Assembly: GCA_946965045.2 (NCBI GenBank)
Contig: OX337229.1
Span: 186,001-250,000 of the forward strand
Length of the DNA: 64,000 bases
Reading direction: 5' to 3'
Source: Epithemia pelagica
Lineage: Eukaryota > Protista > Bacillariophyta
Shown piece after piece: positions 1 to 10,662 of the stretch. A program made the translations under genes and the position numbers. Numbering within the stretch: position 1 is the first letter of the stretch; each line of letters starts with the position of its first letter. Below the pieces are notes generated by a model. The model had not been told where the DNA came from. It ran no database searches and saw only the letters and a list, made by a program, of their open reading frames with translations.

Positions 1-343
1 AATAGGAATCCATGTTTGCTAGTAGAAGAAAGAATACTTGGTTCGGTTCGTCGGCAGTGGCTTTTCGAAAGCCGAATCTTGTGGAATCGACCACACATTG
101 TAGAAAAGCGATACGGATATAAGAATGAGGAACACATGACGACAAGAGAGATTTTGCAACCAGTCGATTCCCACACAGAATACCTCTAGGAGTAGTTAGA
201 GCAGGTTAGAGGGTAGAGCCCACAAAAGAAGTTGCGTAGACGGAATCCCGTGACGGCATCAGAGCGCGAGTCACGAGTTAACTCCCTCCATCCAACACAC
301 AACTTGCGACGACGACGACGACGACGAACCGAACACACAACAC

Positions 344-650
344 CAACGATCGTGGAGGGGAGCGATTGAGAGAATACAAGAACGCAACAACGACAAGGAG
401 ATACACACACGTGCTACCGCAAGTGATTGCAAAAAGGCATTGCGAGTCGTGGAATTTGCCTCCTTGTTTCAGTTCTCATTCTGTCGTAGCACCAACAGCA
501 CCAACGACCACGAACGATCGTGAAGGAGCGATTGAGACATACAATAGAAGGACTACAGCACAACAGAACAACCACAACAAGGAGATACATTCACGCGCCG
601 CAAGTCGTCGCAAGAGAACATTGCGAGTCGTGGAATTGGCTTTTCGTCGT
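344..650. repeat. Degenerate tandem duplication (two ~130-140 bp copies) upstream of the first gene
   Basis: aacgatcgtg(g/a)agg..agcgattgaga ... acaaggagataca ... cgcaagt ... cattgcgagtcgtggaatt occurs at ~344-470 and again at ~513-650. Confidence 0.8.
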
Positions 651-714
651 GTTTGATTCCTCTCTCATTGTTGTACTCGTACCACAAACAACAACACCAA
701 CAAGAACAACCACC

Positions 715-1931
715 ATGTTTTCGGCAAATGAAAATTTGCAATTGCGGCAACACAAGCGCCGCATTGTCAACAAGGTGGAATCTTGCATGCCAATCGAGAT
801 TGTCGACGAAGGGTTGGTCAATGTCATGGTGATGCAAGTCACGTGTCGAGCGCCCGGTTGCGTTCCCCTCGAAACCGTGGTCCTCATCATGTTTGCCGGA
901 GCCACGAACCACAACGACAAGGACACTGCGGCTCCCATGATCCCCGGTTTGCCTGAATCCGTCCCGGGTGGTTCCTATCAAACCAAAATTCTTCGTCCCA
1001 TGGCCGATGTAACGGATCAAGACGTTTTGGAAGCCTTGCCGCCCGCCTTTGAAGGAGGATTGCGAACCGCTGAACGCATGGCACTCCAAGCCCGCGATGT
1101 CATGTTGGCCCAAATCACACAATTGTTGGGCGATACTACCGAACAACAACAACCAGATACGGATTCCGCCAACTTTTCCTTGACGACCACCAAAACCACG
1201 ACGCCAGAACAGGAGCAAAAGGCCCAACGAATTCTGCAAGACAAGCGAACCATGGCACTTTACTTGCAACAAGCCTTACAAGACTATCTCGATCGCGATT
1301 GTGTGGCACCCGACTATGGAGAGCCCTTTCCGCCCCTAGAATCATCATCTCCTCCAACAACAACAACAGAAGACGAGGACACGACTGCTGCCAGCCAAAC
1401 CCCAACGACGAGCACCAACGATTCCACGACGACTCCCAGCTTGGTTCCAGAAAAACCCTCCTCTTCTCCCACTGCGGACACTTTGACTTTCACAGATGCT
1501 GCTGCTTCTTCTCGTAAGTCGTAGGAGGAGACAACACGCACACACGCACAAATCTTGTTGGACAAAGAGTTTGTGTATGTATGTGTGTGTGTTTGTGTGG
1601 ATGCCTCCCCATCCAATCGGGTTTGCTCATCACCATGCCTTGTGTGTGTGTCTATATATATATATATACAACATGATGCCCCCTCCCCCCAAACTACGGC
1701 ACAGTGTCCACCACCACCATGAGGCTCACGAATGGCCGTGTTCGTCGTCAATATTTGCGACAAGAAGAACAAGTGCGGTTACGCACCGGAACTGGTGGAG
1801 GAGGACGAGGAGGACGACGACAAGCCCAAGCGGAACGAAGGTGGCATGCGCAACGACGACCCAATTGTCCCTGTTGTAGCACAACCACGAATACTACGAC
1901 GTCCCTTTTCGGGGATGACACCCTTTCCTAA
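715..1931 (+). CDS. Hypothetical protein, 2 exons (715-1513, 1705-1931), CPCC motif near the C-terminus
   Basis: ATG at 715 (MFSANENLQLRQHKRR...). GTAAGT donor at 1514 and CACAG acceptor ending at 1704 join in phase 1 (C+TG) into the ...RRWHAQRRPNCPCC... frame. Confidence 0.7.
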
Positions 1932-3620
1932 TAATAACAACAACAACACTCGCTTCATCTCAATTCATACCACCTATCAGTCTTATCATCATCCCCACAG
2001 TGGAGGAAAACGGTTTGACCTAAAATCCTAAAAATCCTATTCTTAGCCAATCAGATCGCTCCAAATCGTACGACGTTCAGACGCATTTGGCCTCCTGTTT
2101 AGGCGTGAAAGGCCTCTTGTTTAGGAGTTTCGATCGGTCATCTTCTGGAAGCAGTCGAAAGACCTAAAACGATTTGGAACCAAAATCTCCATCCAACGGC
2201 TCACAAATTTCAACATGTCTTCCGATCGAAAGCAGACCCTTCTCGCTGTCGCATCCATCAATTAAACAGCCTAGCACTTTCGACTTCTGCAGTTGCTGCC
2301 ACCTTCTTCCAACAAGGGCAAAGGGCCACTGGAACCATCGTTCTTCCTCGTCGTTCACGTGCTGCGGATGGACCTCATTTTTGACAAAAGACTTGATGGT
2401 ACAAAACGACCAAACCGAGTCGACAACCACCTTGACAATGGAAGTACCCCCCTCCGAATGTCCCGGTACGGATGTCGTGACGCCGCCGAAATCCATGGCC
2501 GACGAGGATACCACTCGAACCGAGAACGATTCACACTGCTCTAACGGTGGTACCATGTCAATTTATGTGGGCAGCACTCTATCCCATTCTTGGGTGACCA
2601 AGGCCTAGTTGCAAGCTTGAGCTGCATAAGCCACTTTTTGTACTGCTGAGAATCGTTCTCCACCGTTCGAGATGCCTACCTACTGTGAAGGACAATCCAT
2701 CGGATTTGAGTTAAATGGCACGACAAAGGTCTAAGACGTCAACGATAAAGACGGAAGTGGTGGGGAAATTGACTACAAAAAGTCCACGTGTGCCGCAAAT
2801 TTAGAGCCGAGCTCGCAAGTTCAAATTGTTGACGGCCTTGCCATGCCGTGACTTGGATCCAGCTCGTTTGCTACTGGGGCAACAAGGCGACGAACCCATG
2901 GACGACGAAGAGACTACACAAACATTGCGCAACACATAGAAAAAGAAACGCCGTAAGACGGGGATGGAACCACTGGACTCGTCCAGCACTAGTTCCACGG
3001 TAGATTCGGACGTGTCTCTGCAAAAATCCTCCTCCGATTCAACGCATTGTTCACATGTTTCAACGTCCTTCGAGAAATTTGGATTACTTGAATTCTCAAC
3101 AATTAGCCCAGCATTTGTACAAAATTACCGTCCGTGAGCTTTGGAGTGTGGGAAGTTGGCAATCAAGCCTTTGATCAATTGTCATTGCCAGCCGTGATTG
3201 ATCAATGGCAATGATTCGATCCGATTGATAATATTGTCATGCCGCCTTAGAGGCTTTCAATGCAATCTTCGTGTTCTTGTTACCTTCCATTCTCCAGGTT
3301 ACAATCCCTCCAACGCAGGAGAAGTGGAGTTTGCGGTAGCAGCAGAAAGGAGAGCATTGGCTTGTGTGGCATCGTCCAATGCTTCCGATTATCGTTGCAA
3401 TTCTGCCGATCAATGCGACAAGATGCGAAAGTGCAAGATTCTTTTTATTGGATCTTTCGTTGTAGTGTTTTTCCTGGCATGTCGGTCGCTCTTCAGACGC
3501 GTTTATCGATGTACGTGGCTCGTCCTCCAGGATTTCTTCACCATGATCGGACCCGACGCCGCCGAAACGAAGCAACACCATCTCTCTCTCGATCTCTCTC
3601 TCAACTTCTCTCCTCCAATC

Positions 3621-5747
3621 ATGTCGTCGTCGTCCACAATCGTACCCCCGGAAGCGGAATCAACGAAGAAAAAGAAGATTCCGACCGCCAAGGATCGATG
3701 GCAATTGCTTCGTCGGGCCCTCTTGAAACAAGAACCAACCCCGTCCGCATCCAACAACGAGACTGTGAGTCTGCATTCGTTTCGTGGTTATCGATTGATT
3801 CAGCCGTGTCCGATATCATCCTCCGACAGTGGAACCAACAAGGAGGACGAGGAACCAGCAGAACCAACAAAGCAGGATTCAACCACCCCCTCTGCCGTGC
3901 CACAAGAAAATGAGGAGAATGAGGATCGACGAGGACAAGTGGTACGGATCAATGGCGAGACGTTGAGAAGATCACTCTGTCAACTGCAGTGGGATCCGAC
4001 GTGGAAAGTGTCGTTGGTCCACACTACTACGCCGGATCCATGTTCCGCCCTGGTGCAAAAGCTACACGATACCATGTTGGCCTGTCAAGCTCTTTCCACT
4101 ACCATGCCACAGACTCGAGCGTCGTCAAAGAGCCAAGAGTTACCCAGCTTTACCGTTTGCTTTTCCATGGATCCCACTACTACTGGTTCGACGACGACAA
4201 GCGACTGTATCGACTTTTTACAACACCATCAATCGACGTTGGAAACACAATTAGGGGCAGTACTGATGGGTCATGACGCCTCCTCCTCATCCTCGTCGTC
4301 CAGCGGAACGTGTCATATGTCGTGGTGGACAGCAATGGACTCGAACGAGGCAATGGTGCACCTTGGCATTGAACTGACCAACCCGGTTCCGAATCGTCCG
4401 TTCCAACCACGCGATGTTTACCAAGTCCAGTGTTATCCCATTAGTATCCCAAACAATACTAACAACCACAACATGCCGCAACGGTACGTGTTGGTGCGGG
4501 AACGCATGTCGCGGTACCACTTTTCCCTCCAGGAATTGGCTCCCCACAAGCATAAGAATCATATTGACAATACGGGCAATGTGTGTATTTGGGATGCCGA
4601 AAAAACCTTGACGTGGGCCTTAAATGAGGAACTCCAAAAGCAATTGGCCTTAAGGAAAACAAGTACCAGCACGACGGCTCCGACCGATCCAGACAAGCAC
4701 CAAACTTCAGACTGGTTGCCCCTCTTGCCGCCGTCGCCGTCAGCACAAACACCAGAACAAGCGGATGCGACGACGACAACGACAAGGACACCCATGGTCT
4801 TGGGGACCGTCTTGGAATTGGGTGCGGGCATGGCTGGATTGGCCGCCCTGTCCTTGGGCCCGTATGCGCACCGCATTCTCCTGACGGATGGTCATGCACA
4901 CTGTGTCCAAAACAATCGTGTTTCGGTGCACTTGACACGAGCTTGGCAGGCAACGACGACGACGACGACGACGACGACAAGGACCATGGATCATTCTCAA
5001 GTATCCTCCTCCTCTTGGCCGAACCGAGTCGACTGTCGGCCCTTGTTGTGGACTCTGGGAGATCCAACGACGACACCAACGACAACCGAGGATGCAACAG
5101 TATCGACCCAGTCGTCGTCTGGTGCCAACGACAACGACTCTGCCACGAGTTGGACCACGAATGTGGCCGATTTGACCTTGATTTCGGATTGTACGCATTT
5201 TGAAGACTATCATGGTGCCTTGTTGTGGACCTTGTTGCACTGTACTCAAGTCGAATCGGGACGAATTTGGATGTGTCAACCGGAACGCGGTCAGTCCCTC
5301 CAACGCTTTGTCGACCTGATTCATGCCGTCAACCATCCTCCGTCCACCACCACCAAAAGTGTGACGAAGGAGAAGGACGACGACACCAACAACACGACAA
5401 CCACCACTACCACCGATCACACTCCCTTGGTCGAAATCCTGGGGGAACCACACTTTGATCGGTTGGAGCAACTGCATCAACACTTTATGGGTCGTCCACA
5501 ACAAACCAATGAAGGAACCAAATCAGGTGAGGATGAAACAACTACTACTACTACTACTACTACTACAACTACTACAATGGGTGACCCCTATTATCGTCCG
5601 AATGTGCATCGTCCGCGGATCCTCGTCTTGCGCAAACTACGGCCCTTGACCGACGAGGATCGACACGTGATCCGGCATCACTTGCAAAAACGACGACAAG
5701 GACAAGGACGACAGAACCGAACCACAGACGAAATGGACCGACACTGA
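3621..5747 (+). CDS. CAMKMT: Calmodulin-lysine N-methyltransferase-like (class I SAM MTase) with long low-complexity insertions
   Basis: N-terminal RWQLLRRAL, IDNTGNVCIW, motif I VLELGAGMAGLAAL, ILLTDG and SDCTHFEDYHGALL match CaM KMT motifs. The likely start is ATG 3621, not 3198. Confidence 0.8.
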   Translation: MSSSSTIVPPEAESTKKKKIPTAKDRWQLLRRALLKQEPTPSASNNETVSLHSFRGYRLIQPCPISSSDSGTNKEDEEPAEPTKQDSTTPSAVPQENEENEDRRGQVVRINGETLRRSLCQLQWDPTWKVSLVHTTTPDPCSALVQKLHDTMLACQALSTTMPQTRASSKSQELPSFTVCFSMDPTTTGSTTTSDCIDFLQHHQSTLETQLGAVLMGHDASSSSSSSSGTCHMSWWTAMDSNEAMVHLGIELTNPVPNRPFQPRDVYQVQCYPISIPNNTNNHNMPQRYVLVRERMSRYHFSLQELAPHKHKNHIDNTGNVCIWDAEKTLTWALNEELQKQLALRKTSTSTTAPTDPDKHQTSDWLPLLPPSPSAQTPEQADATTTTTRTPMVLGTVLELGAGMAGLAALSLGPYAHRILLTDGHAHCVQNNRVSVHLTRAWQATTTTTTTTTRTMDHSQVSSSSWPNRVDCRPLLWTLGDPTTTPTTTEDATVSTQSSSGANDNDSATSWTTNVADLTLISDCTHFEDYHGALLWTLLHCTQVESGRIWMCQPERGQSLQRFVDLIHAVNHPPSTTTKSVTKEKDDDTNNTTTTTTTDHTPLVEILGEPHFDRLEQLHQHFMGRPQQTNEGTKSGEDETTTTTTTTTTTTTMGDPYYRPNVHRPRILVLRKLRPLTDEDRHVIRHHLQKRRQGQGRQNRTTDEMDRH

Positions 5748-6569
5748 CCAACCAACTCTCGGACGAACCAACAACAGGGAGGAGATCTATGGACGGATCG
5801 TGTCTTGTGGTACGCCAAAGAAGAGGATGGATCATTTGGGATTGTCATAAAGAATCGAGCCCATGACACACACACGCACGCACAAATGAGACTGCGCAAC
5901 TGCCAATCACGATACCATGTGGATCCTGATGATCATAGATTCCATTCCGTCGATATGGAAGTGTCTAGAACCATGACAAAACACTGCGCCATGTTGTGGG
6001 GGAACCGAATTTCAATAAATGGTGGAGTCGTGTCGTTGATGGAGTCGACTTGGGAGTTTTGAATTTGTGAGGGCCCACACATGATTTCAAAACTGGTTTT
6101 GGGAAGACACTACTCGGCATGGCAGACGGATACTTATCGGAACTGCGCGCGTAACAATCTATGTGACGTGGCTCCCGCCCGAATTTCAATCTTTGGACAT
6201 GCGCTCTCACGCGCGCGCGCATGTCCGACCTTTCGGACGCGCCACATTTTCTCACAAACGAAATCATTCACGCACCTCCATCACAAACGAAGGTTGGGAA
6301 TTGCCAAACCATCCATCCATCCGATCGACTAGAGTATATCGTTGTGTGGTGGTTGCCATCTCCTCCTTCAGACCAGCAAACCAAGGATCTTGGATCGAGT
6401 GGAGTGAGAGCTCTTTTGGTTTTGAAAAGGGGCCCTGGTTTGTTAAAAAGGCAAGAGCCCTTTCCAGTTGTGTTGTGGATCTTTCACCACCATCCAAACA
6501 AGAATCGAAACTCGAACCGCCTCCGTGTCGGTAATCTCAACAAAGTTGTTGTGAAGAAGAAACCAAACG

Positions 6570-8282
6570 ATGAATGACTACGACGACGGTTACCACGGCG
6601 ATGACGACGACCAAGATCCTCCTCCATTCATGATTGGACATGAACATCCCTTGTTGCCGCCGCTCTTGCCATCCACGACAGTTGCGGCTGCTCGTACCAA
6701 GGCCAAACGAACCAAGTCCACGTCGTGGTTGTCGTCATCGTACTCCTCCACCGCCTCCACGTGCTCCATGGATTCCGCGTCGATTGGCGAACGCGTCTCG
6801 CAACGCAAACGACGCTCCAGTCTTTCTTCCACAGTGACCAACCACAACAACCACCAGGACGAAGAAGAAGAAGAATCACCCCTCCATCACTTTCATGGCA
6901 TGTGCGAGGATTATCACCGTGTCTTGGACAATACGGCGGTCGAATATTACGACGTCATTGTCCCCAATGTCCTGAACCAAGCCCAATTTTATGTCCGGCA
7001 AACCACCTTTCCACCTCGACCCCAACGCCGCAGCAGCAGCAGCACGGCCTTGGGGCGGTCCCCGGAACCCTGGACGGCGCCCCACGACGAACCACGCACG
7101 ACGGAAGCGGCCGAATTTTTTGCCTACACGACCTTTTGTGAAGCGCCCGGTCAAGTCAATCCCAGTCACGCCTGTCGCGTCTTTCGCAACCCCGGCGATA
7201 TCATTGTGGCTGTCAATGGCATTGCCACGGCCGACAAGACGTTTGACGAAACGTGTCACTTGATTCAAGTCGCGCAAGAACAATCCTACATGTTTTTGCG
7301 CATGCTCGATCTGCGCCGCTACCGGCACCGACGGCACCAGCAACAACAACAACAAGCACTAGCCCAGTCCAAAGCACAAGCACAAAAAAAGGCTCGTGGG
7401 GGAAGGAACCTGCACCAAGAGCAGGAGGACTCCTGGTGGGAGGCCCCCATGAAGGACTTTCAGAAACAGCCGTCCACCAACAAGAATCCAGAGACGGACA
7501 AGATTGTCGCTCCCCATTGGAAGCATCCCTATGCGGTCGATTCGACCATGGGCACGCGTCATTTACTCCAAACTGACAACAACCACAATGAGGACAACGA
7601 CCAGAATCCTCCCAAGAACCAACTGGTGGAAACCCAGCAATGTCTGCAACGCTTGCAACGCCACGTCCACCACAAGGAGCAGGAATTGGAATTGTTGCGA
7701 GAGGAATACACGTTGCAACAAGAACGACTCGCAACGCTACAAAAAGAACAAGACGAACGAGAAACGCAACGTGCGCGAACAATGGCGGCCGTCTCCAAAA
7801 ACCCTCGAAAAAGAGGAACCAAGAGACGGTCGACGAGCAGCACCACCACCAAACGCCCGGACGCCCCAGCCCCAACCAAGAGCAAGAAGCGTCAGGCCTC
7901 GCATAAAATCCAAAAACCACAAACACAAGAAGCGGTTCACCCCATCGACGGACGCCGAAGATCGGCGCGTCTGCTGCAACAACAACAAGAACAAGAACAG
8001 GAGCAAATGACGACGGCCAAGACCACCTGGGAGGAGGAGGACCCGGCCAATGATGATGATGATCATGAAGAAGAAAACGATGGAGATTGCGACCTTGGAA
8101 ACACACGACCTCAACGACGACGACGCGTCACGGGGTCCTTTGGTGGCCATGCTGGGGAACATTCCAGCGACAGTGAAGAAGAAGAAGAAGAGGATGACGA
8201 CGTGAAAGGCGATGAAGATTATCATGATTTGGAAATGGATCGTGGTTGTACGGTCGTTTCCGCGGTCACGGGACCGTGGTAA
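6570..8282 (+). CDS. Hypothetical protein: PDZ-like segment, coiled coil, basic region with RRSARLL, acidic tail; last codons derive from the adjacent repeat
   Basis: GDIIVAVNGIATADKTFDETCHLI resembles a PDZ C-terminal half. Q/E-rich heptads are present, and DGRRRSARLL lies at ~7950-7976. Confidence 0.7.
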   Translation: MNDYDDGYHGDDDDQDPPPFMIGHEHPLLPPLLPSTTVAAARTKAKRTKSTSWLSSSYSSTASTCSMDSASIGERVSQRKRRSSLSSTVTNHNNHQDEEEEESPLHHFHGMCEDYHRVLDNTAVEYYDVIVPNVLNQAQFYVRQTTFPPRPQRRSSSSTALGRSPEPWTAPHDEPRTTEAAEFFAYTTFCEAPGQVNPSHACRVFRNPGDIIVAVNGIATADKTFDETCHLIQVAQEQSYMFLRMLDLRRYRHRRHQQQQQQALAQSKAQAQKKARGGRNLHQEQEDSWWEAPMKDFQKQPSTNKNPETDKIVAPHWKHPYAVDSTMGTRHLLQTDNNHNEDNDQNPPKNQLVETQQCLQRLQRHVHHKEQELELLREEYTLQQERLATLQKEQDERETQRARTMAAVSKNPRKRGTKRRSTSSTTTKRPDAPAPTKSKKRQASHKIQKPQTQEAVHPIDGRRRSARLLQQQQEQEQEQMTTAKTTWEEEDPANDDDDHEEENDGDCDLGNTRPQRRRRVTGSFGGHAGEHSSDSEEEEEEDDDVKGDEDYHDLEMDRGCTVVSAVTGPW

Positions 8283-10415
8283 CGAACGCATGGCCATGAG
8301 AAAACAAACAAGTTTCCTTTCTTGTGTGTGTTGGTGTAGGGGGAGCCACCCCGATCCGACGGACTGGATCAGGTGGAAGAAAAAGAAGAAGTTATATAGA
8401 TTCTGCAGTCTTCCATAACATTATTCATTGTTGAACGCTAACTCCTTGGCCTCGGGACAGTATGCTCCGACTTTCAGACGTTTTCTAGGCGTAGGAGTGT
8501 AGTGTGTCGGCGCAAGTTCTGTTGTGTGAAACATTTTTTGTGTGGCTCTTGGTAAGAAGAGTTGGCATCTCTTCCGCAAGCCCGCTGGCGTCGTCAACGC
8601 GGCCACAAGTACAGCGGGTAGGGAAGCGGAGGAATCAATGGATTCTCCAGGGGCAACTATGGCACTCTTCCCCAATGGCACAGAGACCGAAGTCTCCATG
8701 CCATACCTGATGACACAAGGACAAAGTCCTCGTGCCACCAGGATTTTGTGATAACACCGACAACCGACACTAGAATAAGGGAAGCGGATGAATCAACGGA
8801 TTCTCCAGGGGCAACTATGGCACTCTTCCCCAATAACACCGACAACCGTCACACCGACAAGGACATCTCCGACAAGGACTCATGCTAGACTCAGCTGATG
8901 TAGGAGTAGAATTTAACAATATCGTTAGAAACAGAAGAAGGGGTAGAGTGAGTAGGATGAGTAGAGGAAAGATTCATTACCGACACGACCGTGCGCACGT
9001 ACCACTAGCAACCGACAACCGACATGTAATTTTTCTGGGTTTTTTTGGATTTTTTTGCTTTTTCTGGGTTTTTTTGGATTTTTTTGCTTTTTCTGGGTTT
9101 TTGGGATTTTTTTCATGAGCACCACTACCACTACCGATACCCGCGGACAAAAGACGAGCGGATCGTCGAACGTGCACCATTCGGCCTGCCTTTTGGGAGT
9201 AGGCAACAGCAAGGATCCTGCCCAAAAGCGGGGAGTCCTCGGGGCCGGAGGAACTCTCGATCACGCTTTGGGGGGCATTCTCGTCAATGTGAGGCGAGGT
9301 ATCTTTTTGGGTGGGGGTGGGGGGAGGAGGGGTGGCGACCATGGAAGGAGGGGTGGAGTTTCGAGGGGGTGAGTCGTGCCCCAAAGTGATCTCGTCGTCG
9401 TCATCGTCGGGGATGAGCGCAGGTTCAGGCTGATGACGGTCGACTGGAGGGGTCTCCTCTTCCTCGTCGTCCTCGAGATCGTCTGCGAGTGCGAGAGGAG
9501 GGAAGTCCAAGTCAGCGTCGAACTCGCAAGGCAGAACAGCAACAGTGTCGACGTCGACCTCCTCCTCCTCGCGATCGCGAATCTCGATCTCTCCATCTTC
9601 CTGCCGACCATTCTTGCAGTTCTTCGCAGCAAGCTCTGCTTCGGCAATGGCCAGCTGTTGTTGAAGCTGAGCTTTGTCATGTCGAAGCTGTCGAAGCTCC
9701 GCATGTTCGTGTCGAAGCTCCGCGTGCTCGCTACTTGTAGTACGACTTTTCTTGTTGAAAATGACCCGAAACAGGTGTTGGACGATAAGTTTCGCCTCAT
9801 CGAGGACATCAGCGACACCGTAACACAGTATGAGAGTCACAAAAGGAGCAACTAACAGAGCCCATTCGGAGCTGATCATCTTTTCGTAACAGTAATCACA
9901 ATCACACATCATCATGGTCAATCGTATTTCGTTCGTATTTTGTTTTTGTGCGTGTTGGATTGTTGCGTGTTGTTGTTGTTGGCGTTTCGTGTTGTTTGGC
10001 GATCGGACCATGGAGATTGCGAGGCAGCGGGGTCGGTTTATACGAACGCGTCGGGGCAATGTTTGTTGAACGCACCTCGAGGGCCGATGGCAGCAAAACA
10101 CAGCGCAACAATCAACCGTCGGGGGCAACGGAGTTCCAAGACGAGGGTCCGCACCACATGGCTGCAAAAGGGCACAACAGGAACGTTCCGACGGCATGGA
10201 TCCTTCCTACTCCTACATAAAAGGCAATCACATGCTGGAGCCAAACTACAAACTACCTACCTATACGAGCAAGGCATCAATCCCTGAAAAATGGCCATGT
10301 TTCTTCCTGCGGACAACAGGCTAGTATCAAAAGCCAAAACAACAACAATCCACCATGGCGAAGGAGCGCACCGACTTGACTGATCCATCAACCTACGCTA
10401 CGAACTTGGTTGTAT
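8248..10415 (-). repeat. Element X copy A (~2.17 kb dispersed, inverted copy of 49234-55466 and 60662-62821); possibly mobile
   Basis: The reverse complement aligns by eye with the other two copies along its whole length. It is bounded by the direct repeat TGGTTGTA at 8243-8250 and 10407-10414. Confidence 0.9.
8977..9915 (-). CDS. Element X ORF, copy A: hydrophobic N-terminus, coiled coil, acidic/Pro linker, VRRSARLLSA motif, Lys-rich tail
   Basis: Open frame from MMMCDCDY (ATG 9915); open and conserved in copy C. Expression is unknown. Confidence 0.55.
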   Translation of the reverse strand: MMMCDCDYCYEKMISSEWALLVAPFVTLILCYGVADVLDEAKLIVQHLFRVIFNKKSRTTSSEHAELRHEHAELRQLRHDKAQLQQQLAIAEAELAAKNCKNGRQEDGEIEIRDREEEEVDVDTVAVLPCEFDADLDFPPLALADDLEDDEEEETPPVDRHQPEPALIPDDDDDEITLGHDSPPRNSTPPSMVATPPPPTPTQKDTSPHIDENAPQSVIESSSGPEDSPLLGRILAVAYSQKAGRMVHVRRSARLLSAGIGSGSGAHEKNPKNPEKAKKSKKTQKKQKNPKKPRKITCRLSVASGTCARSCR

Positions 10416-10662
10416 ACCATGCACTTGTTTGCCACTCCCTATCACAGCAACAATGCCACCAACGAATCAATCCGACACGAGAACCACCCCGATTTGCCTG
10501 TTGAGACAAATGACGACGGTGGACCAACAAGAACGACAATGACTGTCCAACAACCAACAAAAACTCTCAAATACTCTGTTACTACGAACGAGCAGACGAC
10601 GTCCCCCGCCAACAAGTTGATGTATAAAACAATCCGGGTGGTGTTACATGTGTCTTTATCAA

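Noticed and set aside
1995-3560. TE-like region (CACAGTGG start, ggcctc(c/t)tgtttagg repeat, tcattgcca/tggcaatga hairpin at 3182-3214)
   Set aside because: I found no matching second TIR and no recognisable transposase or RT motif in any frame. It may be a relic, but I cannot support the call.
3198-3620. N-terminal 141 aa of the 849-aa track ORF
   Set aside because: It starts at a non-ATG codon and runs through a (TC)n UTR-like tract. Family similarity begins after ATG 3621.
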